DNA from: Escherichia coli
GTDB lineage: Bacteria; Pseudomonadota; Gammaproteobacteria; Enterobacterales; Enterobacteriaceae
Assembly (NCBI RefSeq): GCF_029227855.1
Contig: NZ_CP074356.1
DNA: 64,000 nt
Strand: one strand, 5' to 3'
This document shows, piece by piece, positions 31,611-42,025 of the stretch; within the stretch, counting starts at the first letter, position 1, and every line of letters begins with the position of its first letter. Below the pieces are notes generated by a model that ran no database searches, was not told where the DNA came from, and saw only the letters and a list, made by a program, of their open reading frames with translations. Position numbers and translations under genes: made by a program.

Positions 31611-32672
31611 TTACACTTTGATCAAAACGGATTCGTTCTGTTGAAATTGAGGCGCATCATCAAGCTGTAAGGCGGCACTCACCTCTTCCTGCTGATGGCC
31701 CGACTGTTGTTGTTGCTGCGACTGCCCTTCGGAGGAAACCTGTACGTTCACCTCCATAAAATTTTGCGCCGTCAGATGCTGGCGGAGATCGTCGCTAAAC
31801 TGTTGTAACGCGCGGCAAACTTCACTTTGGTTCGCGCCGATGTGCACCATCAGTTTGCCGTTGTCGAGTTGTACGGCGATCTCGAGCTTGCCAAGCGACG
31901 GTGGATCGAGACGGATGGTGGAGATCTGCTGTTGTTTGTTGAGCTGAAAGTGGATCTGATCTTTCAAAAGCGTCGTTAGTTTCTCGCCCAGTTCGTCCAT
32001 CGAAAGCGTGGCTGGTTTGGCGACAATCTCCTGATGTTCGCTGACCAGATCCGGCGTCTTAACCTGCAACACCGCACGCGCAATAACCGGTTCGCTGTCC
32101 GGCACTTTTTCCGTTTTACGCTCGACCTGCGGGCGCGCGTTCACACGGGTTAGTTCAGGTTTCGGGCGAGCTGGCTGTGTTGAGACGCGCGGCTGCGTCG
32201 GTGCAATGGCATGTAAATCTTCACTGGCGTAAGTCGCCAGTCTGGCCTGCTGTTCAGGTTTCGCCTGCGGCAACTGACTGATCAGCTCCTGCAACTGCGG
32301 CGGCAACGGCGTGAGTTCCTGCTGCTGCGTCGGGCGTTGCGCCGCGTTTTGCACCACCGCTTTCGTCAATTGCTGGATAACCGGCGATGTTGCGACGTTT
32401 CGCGGCTGCGGCGTGTCCTGATGCGGCGCGGCAGGTTGCGGAAGTAACAGCGCCATTAGCGCCTGCATCGCCACCGGATCGTTCTCCTGCGGGCGCGTCG
32501 CCTGTTGCTGACTGGTTTTTGCGCTATGAACGCGCTCCGCCACCGCCGCGACCGCCATTTTCGGCAGGGTAAACGCGGGCGCGTTTTCACCGCTCACCGG
32601 CGGTAAAATATCCGCTTTCAGCGACGCTGTTTCCGCAAGCGTTCCGAGCGTGGCAAGCAATGCCGGATTCAT
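31611..32672 (-). CDS. lafE: Flagellar hook-length control protein (FliK-like)
   Basis: 353 aa; Pro/Gln-rich central region and FliK C-terminal domain (IRLDPPSLGKLEIAV...). Confidence 0.75.
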   Translation of the reverse strand: MNPALLATLGTLAETASLKADILPPVSGENAPAFTLPKMAVAAVAERVHSAKTSQQQATRPQENDPVAMQALMALLLPQPAAPHQDTPQPRNVATSPVIQQLTKAVVQNAAQRPTQQQELTPLPPQLQELISQLPQAKPEQQARLATYASEDLHAIAPTQPRVSTQPARPKPELTRVNARPQVERKTEKVPDSEPVIARAVLQVKTPDLVSEHQEIVAKPATLSMDELGEKLTTLLKDQIHFQLNKQQQISTIRLDPPSLGKLEIAVQLDNGKLMVHIGANQSEVCRALQQFSDDLRQHLTAQNFMEVNVQVSSEGQSQQQQQSGHQQEEVSAALQLDDAPQFQQNESVLIKV

Positions 32673-32980
32673 GACTTCTCCGAAAGTAAATTAACAATTG
32701 AGTAGGCGAGCACACCTTCCTGATGCCGCTGATGCTGTTCCATACGCGCTTTCAACACTTCTGCGCGCTGCTCGCGCCGTTTAATCAGGGCATTAAACGC
32801 GCCGTACAGCTGTGCCTTCACCGCATCCAACTGCGCCGCGTCGGTTTCCGCCGCCGCGTAATCGTGAAACTGGCGCATCAACTGCTGATGCAGTGCCGGA
32901 AGGCGTCGCCAGCGTTGCTTGTCGAGGGCTTCATTCATCGCCTCGACCAATGCGAAAAGTTGCCTGCGTTGTTTTTCCAT
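32669..32980 (-). CDS. lafD: FliT-like flagellar export chaperone (small helical protein)
   Basis: 103 aa helical protein between the FliS-like and FliK-like genes. Confidence 0.5.
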   Translation of the reverse strand: MEKQRRQLFALVEAMNEALDKQRWRRLPALHQQLMRQFHDYAAAETDAAQLDAVKAQLYGAFNALIKRREQRAEVLKARMEQHQRHQEGVLAYSIVNLLSEKS

Positions 32981-32984
32981 CGTC

Positions 32985-33377
32985 TTAACCCAGCTTGCCC
33001 GAAAGCCCTTCCCAGCCTTCGCGCAGGTTGCTTAAGATCAGCATCACTTCATCGATTTTCTCTGCCGACAATTCGCCGCTGGCTTCATACAATCGGTAAA
33101 CGCAGTGGTCATAGAGTCGCGAAAGGTTCACCACCAGCTCGCCGCCAGTTTCAAACTCCAGCGAACTGGTGAGCGCATTGAGAATGTCGATGCATTTATT
33201 GATGCTCTGGGCTTTCTTCTCGAAACGCCGCCCTTCAATATGGCTTTTGGCGCGTTCCAGCTCGTCCATCAGGCCAGAAAACAGCACCAGCACCAGTTCC
33301 AGAGGCGATGCCGCCGCAGTACGCGCCGCGAGATCGATCTCTTTATATTGCGAATAGCCGTCCTGTACTTGGTACAT
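32985..33377 (-). CDS. lafC: Flagellin-specific chaperone (FliS-like)
   Basis: 130 aa; FliS-like helical bundle. Confidence 0.75.
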   Translation of the reverse strand: MYQVQDGYSQYKEIDLAARTAAASPLELVLVLFSGLMDELERAKSHIEGRRFEKKAQSINKCIDILNALTSSLEFETGGELVVNLSRLYDHCVYRLYEASGELSAEKIDEVMLILSNLREGWEGLSGKLG

Positions 33378-33399
33378 CTTTAGGGATATTCCTTCTGAG

Positions 33400-34716
33400 T
33401 TACGCGAATGCCGCCATGCTGGCTTTCATGGTGTACACCTCGACCAGCGTGTTGGTGTACTCCTCGAGATAACGGTCGTAGTTGGCGTTATAGGTATCAG
33501 TAAGCTGATCGCCTTCGTCCTGAATTTTGCTCATCTGATCGTCAATGTTCTGCTGGCGCAGGGTGATGATGCCGTTGCTGGAGTCCGTGTAGGTGTTAAT
33601 CAGGTCGTCCATCTGCGCTACCATGCTGTTGTCGCCAACGAAAATAGAGGTCAGACCGTCAGGATTTTTCGCCATTTCGTCGTTGAACTGGTCGGAGTCA
33701 ATCTGTAAGTGGCCGTGAGAATCGAGGGTGATGCCATAGTCAACAATCGACACGCCGTTGTAGCTGACATGGGCGATGTCATCGAGCTGGTTCGCCAGTG
33801 AACTGAGTCCGGCGTCGCCTGCAAATACCCCGGCGCTGGTACTGTCATCACCGTGAGTGGTTAGCGAATCAACCGTATCGATCAGGGTGTTATAGGCATC
33901 GACAAAGGTCTGCACTTTCTCCTGGCTGGCGCTGGAATCTTCGCTAATGTTAAAGGTAGTGAGGTCGCTGTCAGAATCGCTGACTTCGGTGAAAGTCATG
34001 GTGACGCCGGGGATCACATCATCAAACGTATTGCTGCTGTTTGTGATCTCAGGCCCCGTGGCGCTGCCAAGATGAATAATCGCGTCCTGAGCGGAGGAAA
34101 CATCCGTGGCAACGGGCGCGCTGGTGCTATCGTTGCTGCCGTCATGCCCCGTTACGCTCACCGAAAATGCGCTCTGCGCCCCGGTGCTATCGGAGGTGAG
34201 CATAATCGTGGTGGTGCCGTCGGTTTTTACCAGTGCCGCCGACACGCCCGGATTGTCATCAGAGTCGTTAATCGCATTCACCAGCTCGCTGGCGTCGATA
34301 AAACCGTCGCCGTCACCGTTCTGATCTGCCGCCGACAGATCAATATCCATGGTGCTGTCGCCCATCGTCAGTTCAAAAGTGCCGGTGGCGGAAAAGGTGT
34401 CGTCGCCCATACTGAACGTGGTTTGCTGCCCCTGCGCCAGTTGCTCAACGAAAAACGAGTAGCTTCCCGCCTGTGCCTGCGAGTTAGCGGAAACGGTCGC
34501 CGAGTCATTATTGCTGGTGGCGGCAAACGTCACCGGGCCGTCAGTATCGCTGTTCAGCGCGTCAACGGCGCTCTGAAAATCGCTCAACGCTGAGCTGAGC
34601 GAGTCCAGGCCGCTGCTTTCAGCGTCCAGCTCGGTCTGCTTCTCCTGCAAATTTGCCGCCTGGGTGGCGACATCCGCATAAGCAATTTCTTGCGCAATGG
34701 TTCTTGGGTTAATCAT
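33400..34716 (-). CDS. lafB: Flagellar filament cap protein (FliD-like)
   Basis: 438 aa; position between flagellin and the FliS-like gene. Confidence 0.75.
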   Translation of the reverse strand: MINPRTIAQEIAYADVATQAANLQEKQTELDAESSGLDSLSSALSDFQSAVDALNSDTDGPVTFAATSNNDSATVSANSQAQAGSYSFFVEQLAQGQQTTFSMGDDTFSATGTFELTMGDSTMDIDLSAADQNGDGDGFIDASELVNAINDSDDNPGVSAALVKTDGTTTIMLTSDSTGAQSAFSVSVTGHDGSNDSTSAPVATDVSSAQDAIIHLGSATGPEITNSSNTFDDVIPGVTMTFTEVSDSDSDLTTFNISEDSSASQEKVQTFVDAYNTLIDTVDSLTTHGDDSTSAGVFAGDAGLSSLANQLDDIAHVSYNGVSIVDYGITLDSHGHLQIDSDQFNDEMAKNPDGLTSIFVGDNSMVAQMDDLINTYTDSSNGIITLRQQNIDDQMSKIQDEGDQLTDTYNANYDRYLEEYTNTLVEVYTMKASMAAFA

Positions 34717-34851
34717 TGATGACTCCGGGTAACGATGTCAGGTTAATGGCAAAAGGCGTGCCAATATTTTTTATGTGAATAATCAATAGATTGAAAAACA
34801 GGCGGAAATGACGTTTCCGGTCTGGCGGAAAAAAGCCTGCCGCAGAAAGCA

Positions 34852-34875
34852 CAACACCGCCTGCAGGCGGTGTTG
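34852..34875 (-). terminator. Intrinsic terminator downstream of lafA
   Basis: Perfect 10-bp stem CAACACCGCC-TGCA-GGCGGTGTTG, with a T-run on the lafA strand shortly after. Confidence 0.5.
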
Positions 34876-34920
34876 TTCGTGGCCGGGTAAGGCGTTTACG
34901 CCGCATCGGCAAGTCCGCCA

Positions 34921-35835
34921 TTACTGCAGCAGGCTGGAAACCATGCTGGACATGCTGTTGGACTGTTTCAGCATGGTGATGCCGGTCTGCATCAGCACCT
35001 GTTGTTTGGTCATGTTGGACGCTTCCGTCGCGTAGTCGGTATCCATGATGTTACCGATAGCAACTTCGGTGTTGTCCTGCATGCTGGTCAGGTTATTAGC
35101 CGTGTCGTTCAGACGGTTGATAGACGCACCCAGTTTGGACTGGATCTGAGACACGTCATCCATCGCGGTAGAGATGCTGGTGATCATCTGGTTAGCCGAG
35201 CCAGACGCAGTCAGCTCAGTACCGCCAGAAACGCCTGCGGTGCCCGTGGTGTCAGCCTGATCCGCACTAAAGGAGCTGCTGATAGCAGAAAGATCAGTCA
35301 CCAGGGTATTCAGCTGGCTTGAAATATTCACGGTCATGGTGTCGGAAGATTCCGCGCCCACCTGGAAAGTTACCGCGCTCTGGAACAGACCGTCAGTACC
35401 GGTGTTGCTGGTGCCGGAAACACCGAACAGGTTGGTGCCGCCGTAAGTGGTGTTTTGCAGCATGTCAGACATCTGCTGGCCCAGTTCGTCGTATTCGTCC
35501 TGCATCGCCTGCAGGTCGTCGTCGCTGTAGGTGCCGTTCGCTGCCTGAGTTGACAGGTCTTTCATACGACCCAGCACGTCAGACATTTCGTCGAACATGC
35601 TGTCAGCGGTTTGCAGCATCGCGGTGGCATCATTGATGTTGCTCAGCGCCACCCCCATACCGCTGGACTGTGCTGTCAGACGGTTAGCAATTTGTTTGCC
35701 TGCGGCGTCATCGGCAGAAGAGTTAATCCGGTTACCTGTCGCCAGGCGTTCCATAGATGTAGACAGAGAAGAGCTGCTTTTGCTGATTGCATTAACGGCG
35801 GCCATTGAGGCGTTATTGGTGTTAATAGATAACAT
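34921..35835 (-). CDS. lafA: Lateral flagellin
   Basis: Flagellin N-terminus MLSINTNNASMAAVNAI and C-terminal ...SLLQ; RBS AAGGAG; the track ORF has a 22-codon upstream extension. Confidence 0.9.
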   Translation of the reverse strand: MLSINTNNASMAAVNAISKSSSSLSTSMERLATGNRINSSADDAAGKQIANRLTAQSSGMGVALSNINDATAMLQTADSMFDEMSDVLGRMKDLSTQAANGTYSDDDLQAMQDEYDELGQQMSDMLQNTTYGGTNLFGVSGTSNTGTDGLFQSAVTFQVGAESSDTMTVNISSQLNTLVTDLSAISSSFSADQADTTGTAGVSGGTELTASGSANQMITSISTAMDDVSQIQSKLGASINRLNDTANNLTSMQDNTEVAIGNIMDTDYATEASNMTKQQVLMQTGITMLKQSNSMSSMVSSLLQ

Positions 35836-36271
35836 GATACTGCTCCTTGGGATTAATCGTTTTCGTTTCGATACCCTGTAAAAACGACACCTCGGGAGCA
35901 AACTTAAAACCGCCGTTAAAATTTTTTCGCCACGTATTATCCGATGCCACTTTTAGCTAAAAAAAAACAGAGTTTAAATTCAGATAAAAAGATTATTAGC
36001 AATATCTGCCACATGGCCAGGTATCAAAATATGTCTTTATCAATTGCTTGATATAGTTAAGATTATCATCAATTACCGCGTTTTCTTATCAATGTACTGA
36101 TGCCAAAATTTACATTGCGTTGCAAATAGTACACATTTGGCTATTGTACCTGTCCTGTCATTTCGTTACATTTCCACGCTATATAGTGATTAAGAATAAT
36201 CTTATCACCATAAAATTATTAATTATCACGCAGAAAAATCATCTTCTCAGGGACGTATAAGACTGTGCTTT

Positions 36272-37165
36272 ATGCAAAGCACTATCAGGAAACATTTATC
36301 CCTTGCTAAGGTAAACTCAACTATGAGTATTATTATCAACAACTGGCGGATGGACCCGTCGCTTAATGCCTTAATACATTGCGAAACGGGTGAAACACGT
36401 CGTCTCGGCGAATACCATTTTATTTTGCTGGAAACATTAGCAAAAAATGCCGATGTGGTTTTATCGCGATCTTATTTATGTGCCGAAGTATGGAAGAACC
36501 GCATTGTCGGCGGTAACAGCCTGCCGACGGCGATCCACGCTCTGCGCGTTGCCATTGATGATGACGGCAAGCAACAGAACATTATTAAAACTATCCCGAA
36601 AAAAGGGTACCTGTGCAATAAAGAGTATGTGTCTTTGCCGGAGTCATCGCCTGCGGAAGCGCTGATTATTACCGACCAGATACAGGAAACAGTACCAGAA
36701 GAGATATCTTCTACAACACCGCCTGTGCCTGTTAGAAAAAAACATAAAGGACTGATGGGGTTAGCGTTGACCGCGGCTGTTATATTTATTGGCTCGACCG
36801 TGGGGTATTCACACTTGAAAAGTACACCTGACGCCCCGCAACTGGTAAAAGAGTCAATTAACAGTCCAAGAATAAAAATATTTCATCTTAGTTCTGGAAA
36901 AGAAAATAATTCCGCACCGTTACTGTCACAAACCCTCGCACCAGGAAAAGACAAACTCGATAATTTATTGTCAGCGCATAATATGACAATGACAACCTAT
37001 TATAAATATGTTCGTAACCGACTGGAGAGTGATATTGTTCTGCGCAACCAGTGCAATGGTAGCTGGCAATTAACCTTTAATGTGGATGAGTGGCAGAATA
37101 GCGATATTAATAGCGCGATGTATCAGAATTTAGAGAAGTTGTTAAATACTGTGCAGAAATGCTGA
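36272..37165 (+). CDS. lafZ: Membrane-anchored transcriptional regulator with ToxR/CadC-type winged-helix DNA-binding domain; alternative start at 36323
   Basis: N-terminal OmpR/PhoB-type DNA-binding domain, one TM segment, C-terminal periplasmic domain. Confidence 0.65.
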   Translation: MQSTIRKHLSLAKVNSTMSIIINNWRMDPSLNALIHCETGETRRLGEYHFILLETLAKNADVVLSRSYLCAEVWKNRIVGGNSLPTAIHALRVAIDDDGKQQNIIKTIPKKGYLCNKEYVSLPESSPAEALIITDQIQETVPEEISSTTPPVPVRKKHKGLMGLALTAAVIFIGSTVGYSHLKSTPDAPQLVKESINSPRIKIFHLSSGKENNSAPLLSQTLAPGKDKLDNLLSAHNMTMTTYYKYVRNRLESDIVLRNQCNGSWQLTFNVDEWQNSDINSAMYQNLEKLLNTVQKC

Positions 37166-37178
37166 CGAGTGCCAATAT

Positions 37179-37215
37179 CAGCCGGATGCGACGCTAAAGG
37201 CGTCTTATCCGGCTG
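37179..37215. repeat. REP (repetitive extragenic palindrome) element between convergent lafZ and lafW
   Basis: CAGCCGGATGCGACGCTAAAGGCGTCTTATCCGGCTG matches the enterobacterial REP pattern. Confidence 0.6.
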
Positions 37216-37219
37216 ATAA

Positions 37220-38197
37220 TTACCCCAATAAATTCCTCACCGTCTGACTGGAAATTCGCGCCTGACCATTCACCGCCTGCAATAAAACTTGATAGTTATG
37301 ATTGGCGCTATCCAGCACGCCGCCGAGATTTTCCGACGCCTGCACGGCGCTTTCCGTTTGCGGGAAGCGCGACATGCCGTCGATCAACTGCCGCGCCTTT
37401 TCCTGCTGTACCGCCATCTGCACACGCTGCTGATTAATGCTTTCTAACGTCTGAGAAATCCCCGCTCCGCCCTGTTGCAGGCTTTGCACTAAGCGGTCCG
37501 CCTGCGACGGTTCGGCAAAGGTTTTTAGTGGCATAAACGCTGATTTATCACCATCGGTGCGCACGCTTAGGGTGCTTTCAATGTTGGGCCACTGTTTTTC
37601 AGTGGTGGAGAAACTTATACCATCGGCGTTTTGATGCATCTGCACGCCCACGCGGCGCAGGGCGTTGGTCAGCCGCGTCTGGTACTGCCCAGCGCTGTCA
37701 TCCTCAGACAGCATCACCGCCGAAAGCTGAGTCTGCCGCCCGTCAGAGACGCTGAACATGCGCGTTCCCGGCGTGGGATTGTGTACGAGATTCGCCAGAT
37801 CCGGCGAGTGAAAAGTCACCCGCGCTTCCCCCTGCAACACTGGCTGCAACTGGCGGTCCACCGCACCGCCGGAAAGCGCGGTGCGTTTGTCCAGCATCTG
37901 CATCAGCGCCGAACTCTGCGCCTGCCCGCCCTTACGCTGGCTATGACGATAATCGAGCAACTGCTGCTCCAGTTGCCCGAGATAGTGATCCGCCTGCTGC
38001 AACGTGGTGAGCTGGTCGTTAAGCTGCACGCTGTAACGCTGCGGGCGAGTGGTAATCAGCGGCGAGGCCGGATATTCACTCGCCGTCGCCGGGAGTTTTT
38101 GCCGCACCTCCTGAGTGGGCGCAACGGTTGACGACGATACCGCAACGCTATGCGCGCCGCCGGTGGCGAGTGACGAAGATGTAAATCCGACCTGCAT
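37220..38197 (-). CDS. lafW: Flag-2 lateral flagellar protein LafW (function unclear)
   Basis: 325 aa Gln/Ser-rich protein immediately downstream of lfgL on the same strand. Confidence 0.5.
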   Translation of the reverse strand: MQVGFTSSSLATGGAHSVAVSSSTVAPTQEVRQKLPATASEYPASPLITTRPQRYSVQLNDQLTTLQQADHYLGQLEQQLLDYRHSQRKGGQAQSSALMQMLDKRTALSGGAVDRQLQPVLQGEARVTFHSPDLANLVHNPTPGTRMFSVSDGRQTQLSAVMLSEDDSAGQYQTRLTNALRRVGVQMHQNADGISFSTTEKQWPNIESTLSVRTDGDKSAFMPLKTFAEPSQADRLVQSLQQGGAGISQTLESINQQRVQMAVQQEKARQLIDGMSRFPQTESAVQASENLGGVLDSANHNYQVLLQAVNGQARISSQTVRNLLG

Positions 38198-38213
38198 ACT
38201 GTTCCTGAAAGAG

Positions 38214-39167
38214 TTAGAGAACGCTGAACAAATTCAACTCACTCACTTTCGAGTAAGTCTTGAGGGTAGCTTCCATTGCTACTTCCAGTCCGGTAAAGGT
38301 GATCGACGCCGGGCCGTAATCGAGATCCTGTAATGAACCAATCAGCTCATCATTAGAGGTAGAGATATCGGTCTGCGCATCGCTCAACATCGACATGGTG
38401 TTCTGCGTCTCGCCGAGCGACGCAATCGAGGCGTTGAGGTTATCCGAGGCGGTGTCCACCACATCAACGGCGTTCTGAATATCGCTCTGCACCTGCGGAT
38501 CGGCCGGGTCAACGTTTGGGTCTTGCAACTCCTGGGAGAGCGAATTGAGCGTGTTGAGCACATCTAAATTGCTGCCGAAGAAATCGCTCGCCGCCACGTT
38601 GGTATCCACTTCCACGCCGTTCGACACCGTGGTCTGGCGGTGGTCGCTGTTGCCCTGATAGCTGTAGCTATCGGTCACGCCGTCGCCGTCATCGTCCACC
38701 GCCACAATCGGCGGCTGATCGTTGATAGTGCCGCCAAACACGTAGTGCCCGTCTTCGTCCTGATAGTTCAGCGCCGCGACCATTGATTCGGTGAGCGACT
38801 CAATATCCTGCCCGAGACTTGCGAGCGAATCGGCGGTATTGGTGCCATTCGCCGCTTCCAGCAGGTCGTCGCGCACCGCCAGCAGGCTGTTGTTGACGCC
38901 ATCAAGGATTGATTCCTGCTGACTTAACCCCGCCGACGCGGAGTCGATATTGCTCTGATACTGCTCAATCGCCGACTGTTGGCGGTTCAACTGGGTGATG
39001 CGCGTGGCGGCGATCGGGTCATCCGACGGCTGCAAAATCTGCTTGCCGGTTGCCATCTGCTCGACCACATGCGCCAGATCGCCGGAGAGATTATTAAAAC
39101 TTTGCGTCATCGAGACGTAGGTTTGTTGGGTGGTTACTTGCATTTTCGCGCTCCCGCTTAGCTGCAC
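38214..39167 (-). CDS. lfgL: Flagellar hook-associated protein 3 (FlgL-like)
   Basis: 317 aa; flagellin-like terminal helices; follows the FlgK-like gene. Confidence 0.75.
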   Translation of the reverse strand: MQLSGSAKMQVTTQQTYVSMTQSFNNLSGDLAHVVEQMATGKQILQPSDDPIAATRITQLNRQQSAIEQYQSNIDSASAGLSQQESILDGVNNSLLAVRDDLLEAANGTNTADSLASLGQDIESLTESMVAALNYQDEDGHYVFGGTINDQPPIVAVDDDGDGVTDSYSYQGNSDHRQTTVSNGVEVDTNVAASDFFGSNLDVLNTLNSLSQELQDPNVDPADPQVQSDIQNAVDVVDTASDNLNASIASLGETQNTMSMLSDAQTDISTSNDELIGSLQDLDYGPASITFTGLEVAMEATLKTYSKVSELNLFSVL

Positions 39168-40534
39168 ATTTCCAGCACCGAATCGAAAATCTCGGCCCCG
39201 GCGGAAATGACTTTCAGATTGGCTTCATAAATTTGTTGATAGGTGATCAGGTTAACCGCCTCTTCGTCCATGCTGACGCCGCTGACGCTGCTCTGCTGGT
39301 TTTGCGCTGCGGAATAGACATTGGACGCGGCATCGACTTCCGTCTGGTTTTGCTGGCTGTAAATGCCGATATTGCTGATGATTGACGAGCACGCCTGCCC
39401 GACCGTCACGCTGCCGAGGTTGGCTATTTCCAGCGGTTCGGTGGAGATATTGATCAGCGCCTGGAGGTTGTCGCTGTTGCCGCTTTCGTCCGGCGAACTG
39501 GAGAACGCCAGCTCATCGGCGGTGATATCCGGGTTAACGGTCAGCGGGCCATCGGCGTTGCTGGCGTCATAAATAAACAGCGGCTCGCCGGGGTTACCGT
39601 TGAGATCGTAGCCCTGCGCCAGCTGGTTGTTAACCGCATCGGCGAACTGCGACGCCATACTGTTGATGGTGTCGGTCAGCGGCGTCAGCACGTCGTTTTG
39701 ATAATCAAACAGTGCGCCTAATGAACCGCCGGTGTCGGTAGTCATCGTCGAGGTGGTGCCAGCGAAAGTCAGCGACATGGTCGGCGTGCCGTCGGCGTTG
39801 GTTTCCAGCTCGATGGTCGAGCTTTGCTGCCCGCTCACCAGCGGTTGACCGTTTTTCAGGGTAACGTTGTAGTTGCCCTGGTCGTCGATATTGACCTGCA
39901 CATCCATCATGCCGCTCAGTTCTTCCACCATCTGATCGCGGGCGTCGTACAGCGCGGAGGCGTTATCGCCGTTGGCTTCGGCCTGAGCGATTTGCTGGTT
40001 ATAGCTGGCGATGCCGCTGGTGAGCGTGTTGATTTGCGACACCATTGCCTGCTGCTGGCTGATGAGTTCCGTGCTTTGCGAGTCGATGTAATCCAGCGTG
40101 TTGTCGATACGCAGCGACAGCGCCCCGGCTTCGCTGATCACCTGCTCGCGCAGGGCGGAATCATCGGGGCTGGTGGTCGCTTCGTTAAGGGCGGCGAAGA
40201 AGTTATCGAACCCGCCGCTCAGGCTGCTGTTATCGTCGTTCAGTACCGCTTCCAGTTGCGTGAGATACCCCTGCTGGGTGCTGTAATAGCCGTAATCACT
40301 GGCGGCATACCACACCTGATTCACCTGATACTGGTTAGAGACGCGGCGAATGCTGTCGACCTGCACGCCGTTACCGGCGCTGTTCGGCGAACCACCGCTG
40401 GCGCCGATGGTGCTGATCTCCGCCACCTGGCGGGTGTAGCCCGTGGTCATGGCGTTGGCGGTGTTTTGCGCCGTGACGTTCAGCTCCACCTGCGCGGTTG
40501 ATGCGCCGCTGTAGCCGATGTTAATCATATCCAT
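39158..40534 (-). CDS. lfgK: Flagellar hook-associated protein 1 (FlgK-like)
   Basis: 458 aa; conserved N-terminal rod/hook-family motif. Confidence 0.8.
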   Translation of the reverse strand: MDMINIGYSGASTAQVELNVTAQNTANAMTTGYTRQVAEISTIGASGGSPNSAGNGVQVDSIRRVSNQYQVNQVWYAASDYGYYSTQQGYLTQLEAVLNDDNSSLSGGFDNFFAALNEATTSPDDSALREQVISEAGALSLRIDNTLDYIDSQSTELISQQQAMVSQINTLTSGIASYNQQIAQAEANGDNASALYDARDQMVEELSGMMDVQVNIDDQGNYNVTLKNGQPLVSGQQSSTIELETNADGTPTMSLTFAGTTSTMTTDTGGSLGALFDYQNDVLTPLTDTINSMASQFADAVNNQLAQGYDLNGNPGEPLFIYDASNADGPLTVNPDITADELAFSSSPDESGNSDNLQALINISTEPLEIANLGSVTVGQACSSIISNIGIYSQQNQTEVDAASNVYSAAQNQQSSVSGVSMDEEAVNLITYQQIYEANLKVISAGAEIFDSVLEMCS

Positions 40535-40610
40535 GTTGGATCCTTACCGGTAAATCGTGCCGGTTAAAAGCGGCGTTAGGTTGGGGATTCTTAAGTGGGA
40601 GGTGGTGCCC

Positions 40611-40910
40611 TCATTTATGCTTCGGCGACAACTGCTTCACAATCATCGCCGCGATCCCAATCCCGTGCTGCTGCGCCAGGGTGTTACACAACTCATCGTC
40701 ATAAAACCCCTGCATCATGCGCGCCGAATCGCTGTTAAACGGGTTATCTTTTGAATCAAACAACTCGTTGGTTTTACGCATCTCTTTGAGCATATTGCGT
40801 AAAAAAATCGCCTCAAACTGTTCGGCGGCCTGCCTGATATCATTGGCCTGAACCTTCGGCCCCATTAACGCATCGCTGCCGTCAATCCCGCCGCTGCCGT
40901 TAACTTTCAT
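40611..40910 (-). CDS. lfgJ: FlgJ-like rod-binding protein (rod-cap domain only, no muramidase domain)
   Basis: 99 aa; FlgJ N-terminal-like motif EAIFLRNMLKEMR. Confidence 0.65.
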   Translation of the reverse strand: MKVNGSGGIDGSDALMGPKVQANDIRQAAEQFEAIFLRNMLKEMRKTNELFDSKDNPFNSDSARMMQGFYDDELCNTLAQQHGIGIAAMIVKQLSPKHK

Positions 40911-42025
40911 CAGATCACCTCCAGGTCGGCATCCAGCGCGCCCGCCTCATGCAGCGCCTGCAAAATCGACATAATGTCATCCGGCGTCGCGCCTAAACTG
41001 TTCAGCGCATTGACCAGCGTTTTCAGGCTGCTCGACTCCGGCAAACTCACCACGCCCGGACGGGCATGATTCACCGCGATATTGCTCTGCGGCGTTACCG
41101 CCGTGCGCCCGCCCGCAAACGCATTCGGCTGGCTGACGTTGCTGGTTTCGTTAATCGAGACGGTCAAACTGCCGTGCGACACCGCCGCCGCGTGCAGCGC
41201 GACGCCATCGCCCATCACCACCGTGCCGGTACGCGAGTTAAACACCACGCGGGCGTGGATTTTCTCCGCCTGCACCTGTACGTCATCCAGTTGCGACATA
41301 AACGCCACCCGCGCGCCGGGGCTGGTCGGCGCACGCACAGTAACGTTGGTGGAACTCTGCGCCGTGGCAATGCCGCCAAACGAGGCGTTGATCGCCGCCG
41401 CAATGTTGTTGGCGTCTTTAAACGACGGGCGTTTCAGGTTGAGGGTGATGGTATCGCCCATCTGAAAATCGCTGGGGATCTCGCGCTCCACCGTTGCGCC
41501 GTTAGGAATTAACCCGGCGGTTGGTGTATTAACCGTTACGCTCGAGCCGCTTGCCCCGGTGGCATTCATCCCACCCACCACCACGCTGCCCTGCGCCAGG
41601 GCATATACTTCGCCATCCGCGCCGTGCAACTGCGTAAGCAATAAAGTGCCGCCGCGAATACTTTTGGCATCTCCAATCGACGAAACGGTGACATCAATAG
41701 TCTGCCCGCGCGAGTACATCGGCGGCAATGTGGCGCTCACCGCCACTGCGGCGACGTTTTTCACCTTCGGGTCGATTTTATTCGGCAACTGCACGCCAAA
41801 CTGGCGCAGCATATTGGTGATGGTCTGGTTGGTGAATTTGACCTGGTTTTTATCACCGGTACCGTCGAGGCCGACCACCAGGCTGTAGCCGACCAGTTGG
41901 TTTTCACGCACGCCCTGTACGTTAACCAGCGACTCCAGCGATTGCGCCAGCGCCACGCCGGGCAGCGTCAGACTTACGGCGATCGCTGCGGCCTTTATCC
42001 AGTTTTGCATTGCACTCTCCGGCAT
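40910..42025 (-). CDS. lfgI: Flagellar P-ring protein (FlgI-like)
   Basis: 371 aa with signal peptide. Confidence 0.85.
   Translation of the reverse strand: MPESAMQNWIKAAAIAVSLTLPGVALAQSLESLVNVQGVRENQLVGYSLVVGLDGTGDKNQVKFTNQTITNMLRQFGVQLPNKIDPKVKNVAAVAVSATLPPMYSRGQTIDVTVSSIGDAKSIRGGTLLLTQLHGADGEVYALAQGSVVVGGMNATGASGSSVTVNTPTAGLIPNGATVEREIPSDFQMGDTITLNLKRPSFKDANNIAAAINASFGGIATAQSSTNVTVRAPTSPGARVAFMSQLDDVQVQAEKIHARVVFNSRTGTVVMGDGVALHAAAVSHGSLTVSINETSNVSQPNAFAGGRTAVTPQSNIAVNHARPGVVSLPESSSLKTLVNALNSLGATPDDIMSILQALHEAGALDADLEVI

Noticed and set aside
35836-36271. Sigma-28 promoter for lafA in the lafA-lafZ divergent spacer
   Set aside because: TAAA-like and CGGATAA-like elements exist, but no arrangement fits TAAAGTTT-N11-GCCGATAA spacing.
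39824-40501. 225-aa ORF antisense to lfgK, and similar long antisense ORFs across the flagellar genes (e.g. 57337-57912, 63050-63928)
   Set aside because: Products of GC-rich coding sequence read in the opposite frame; no RBS or domain support.
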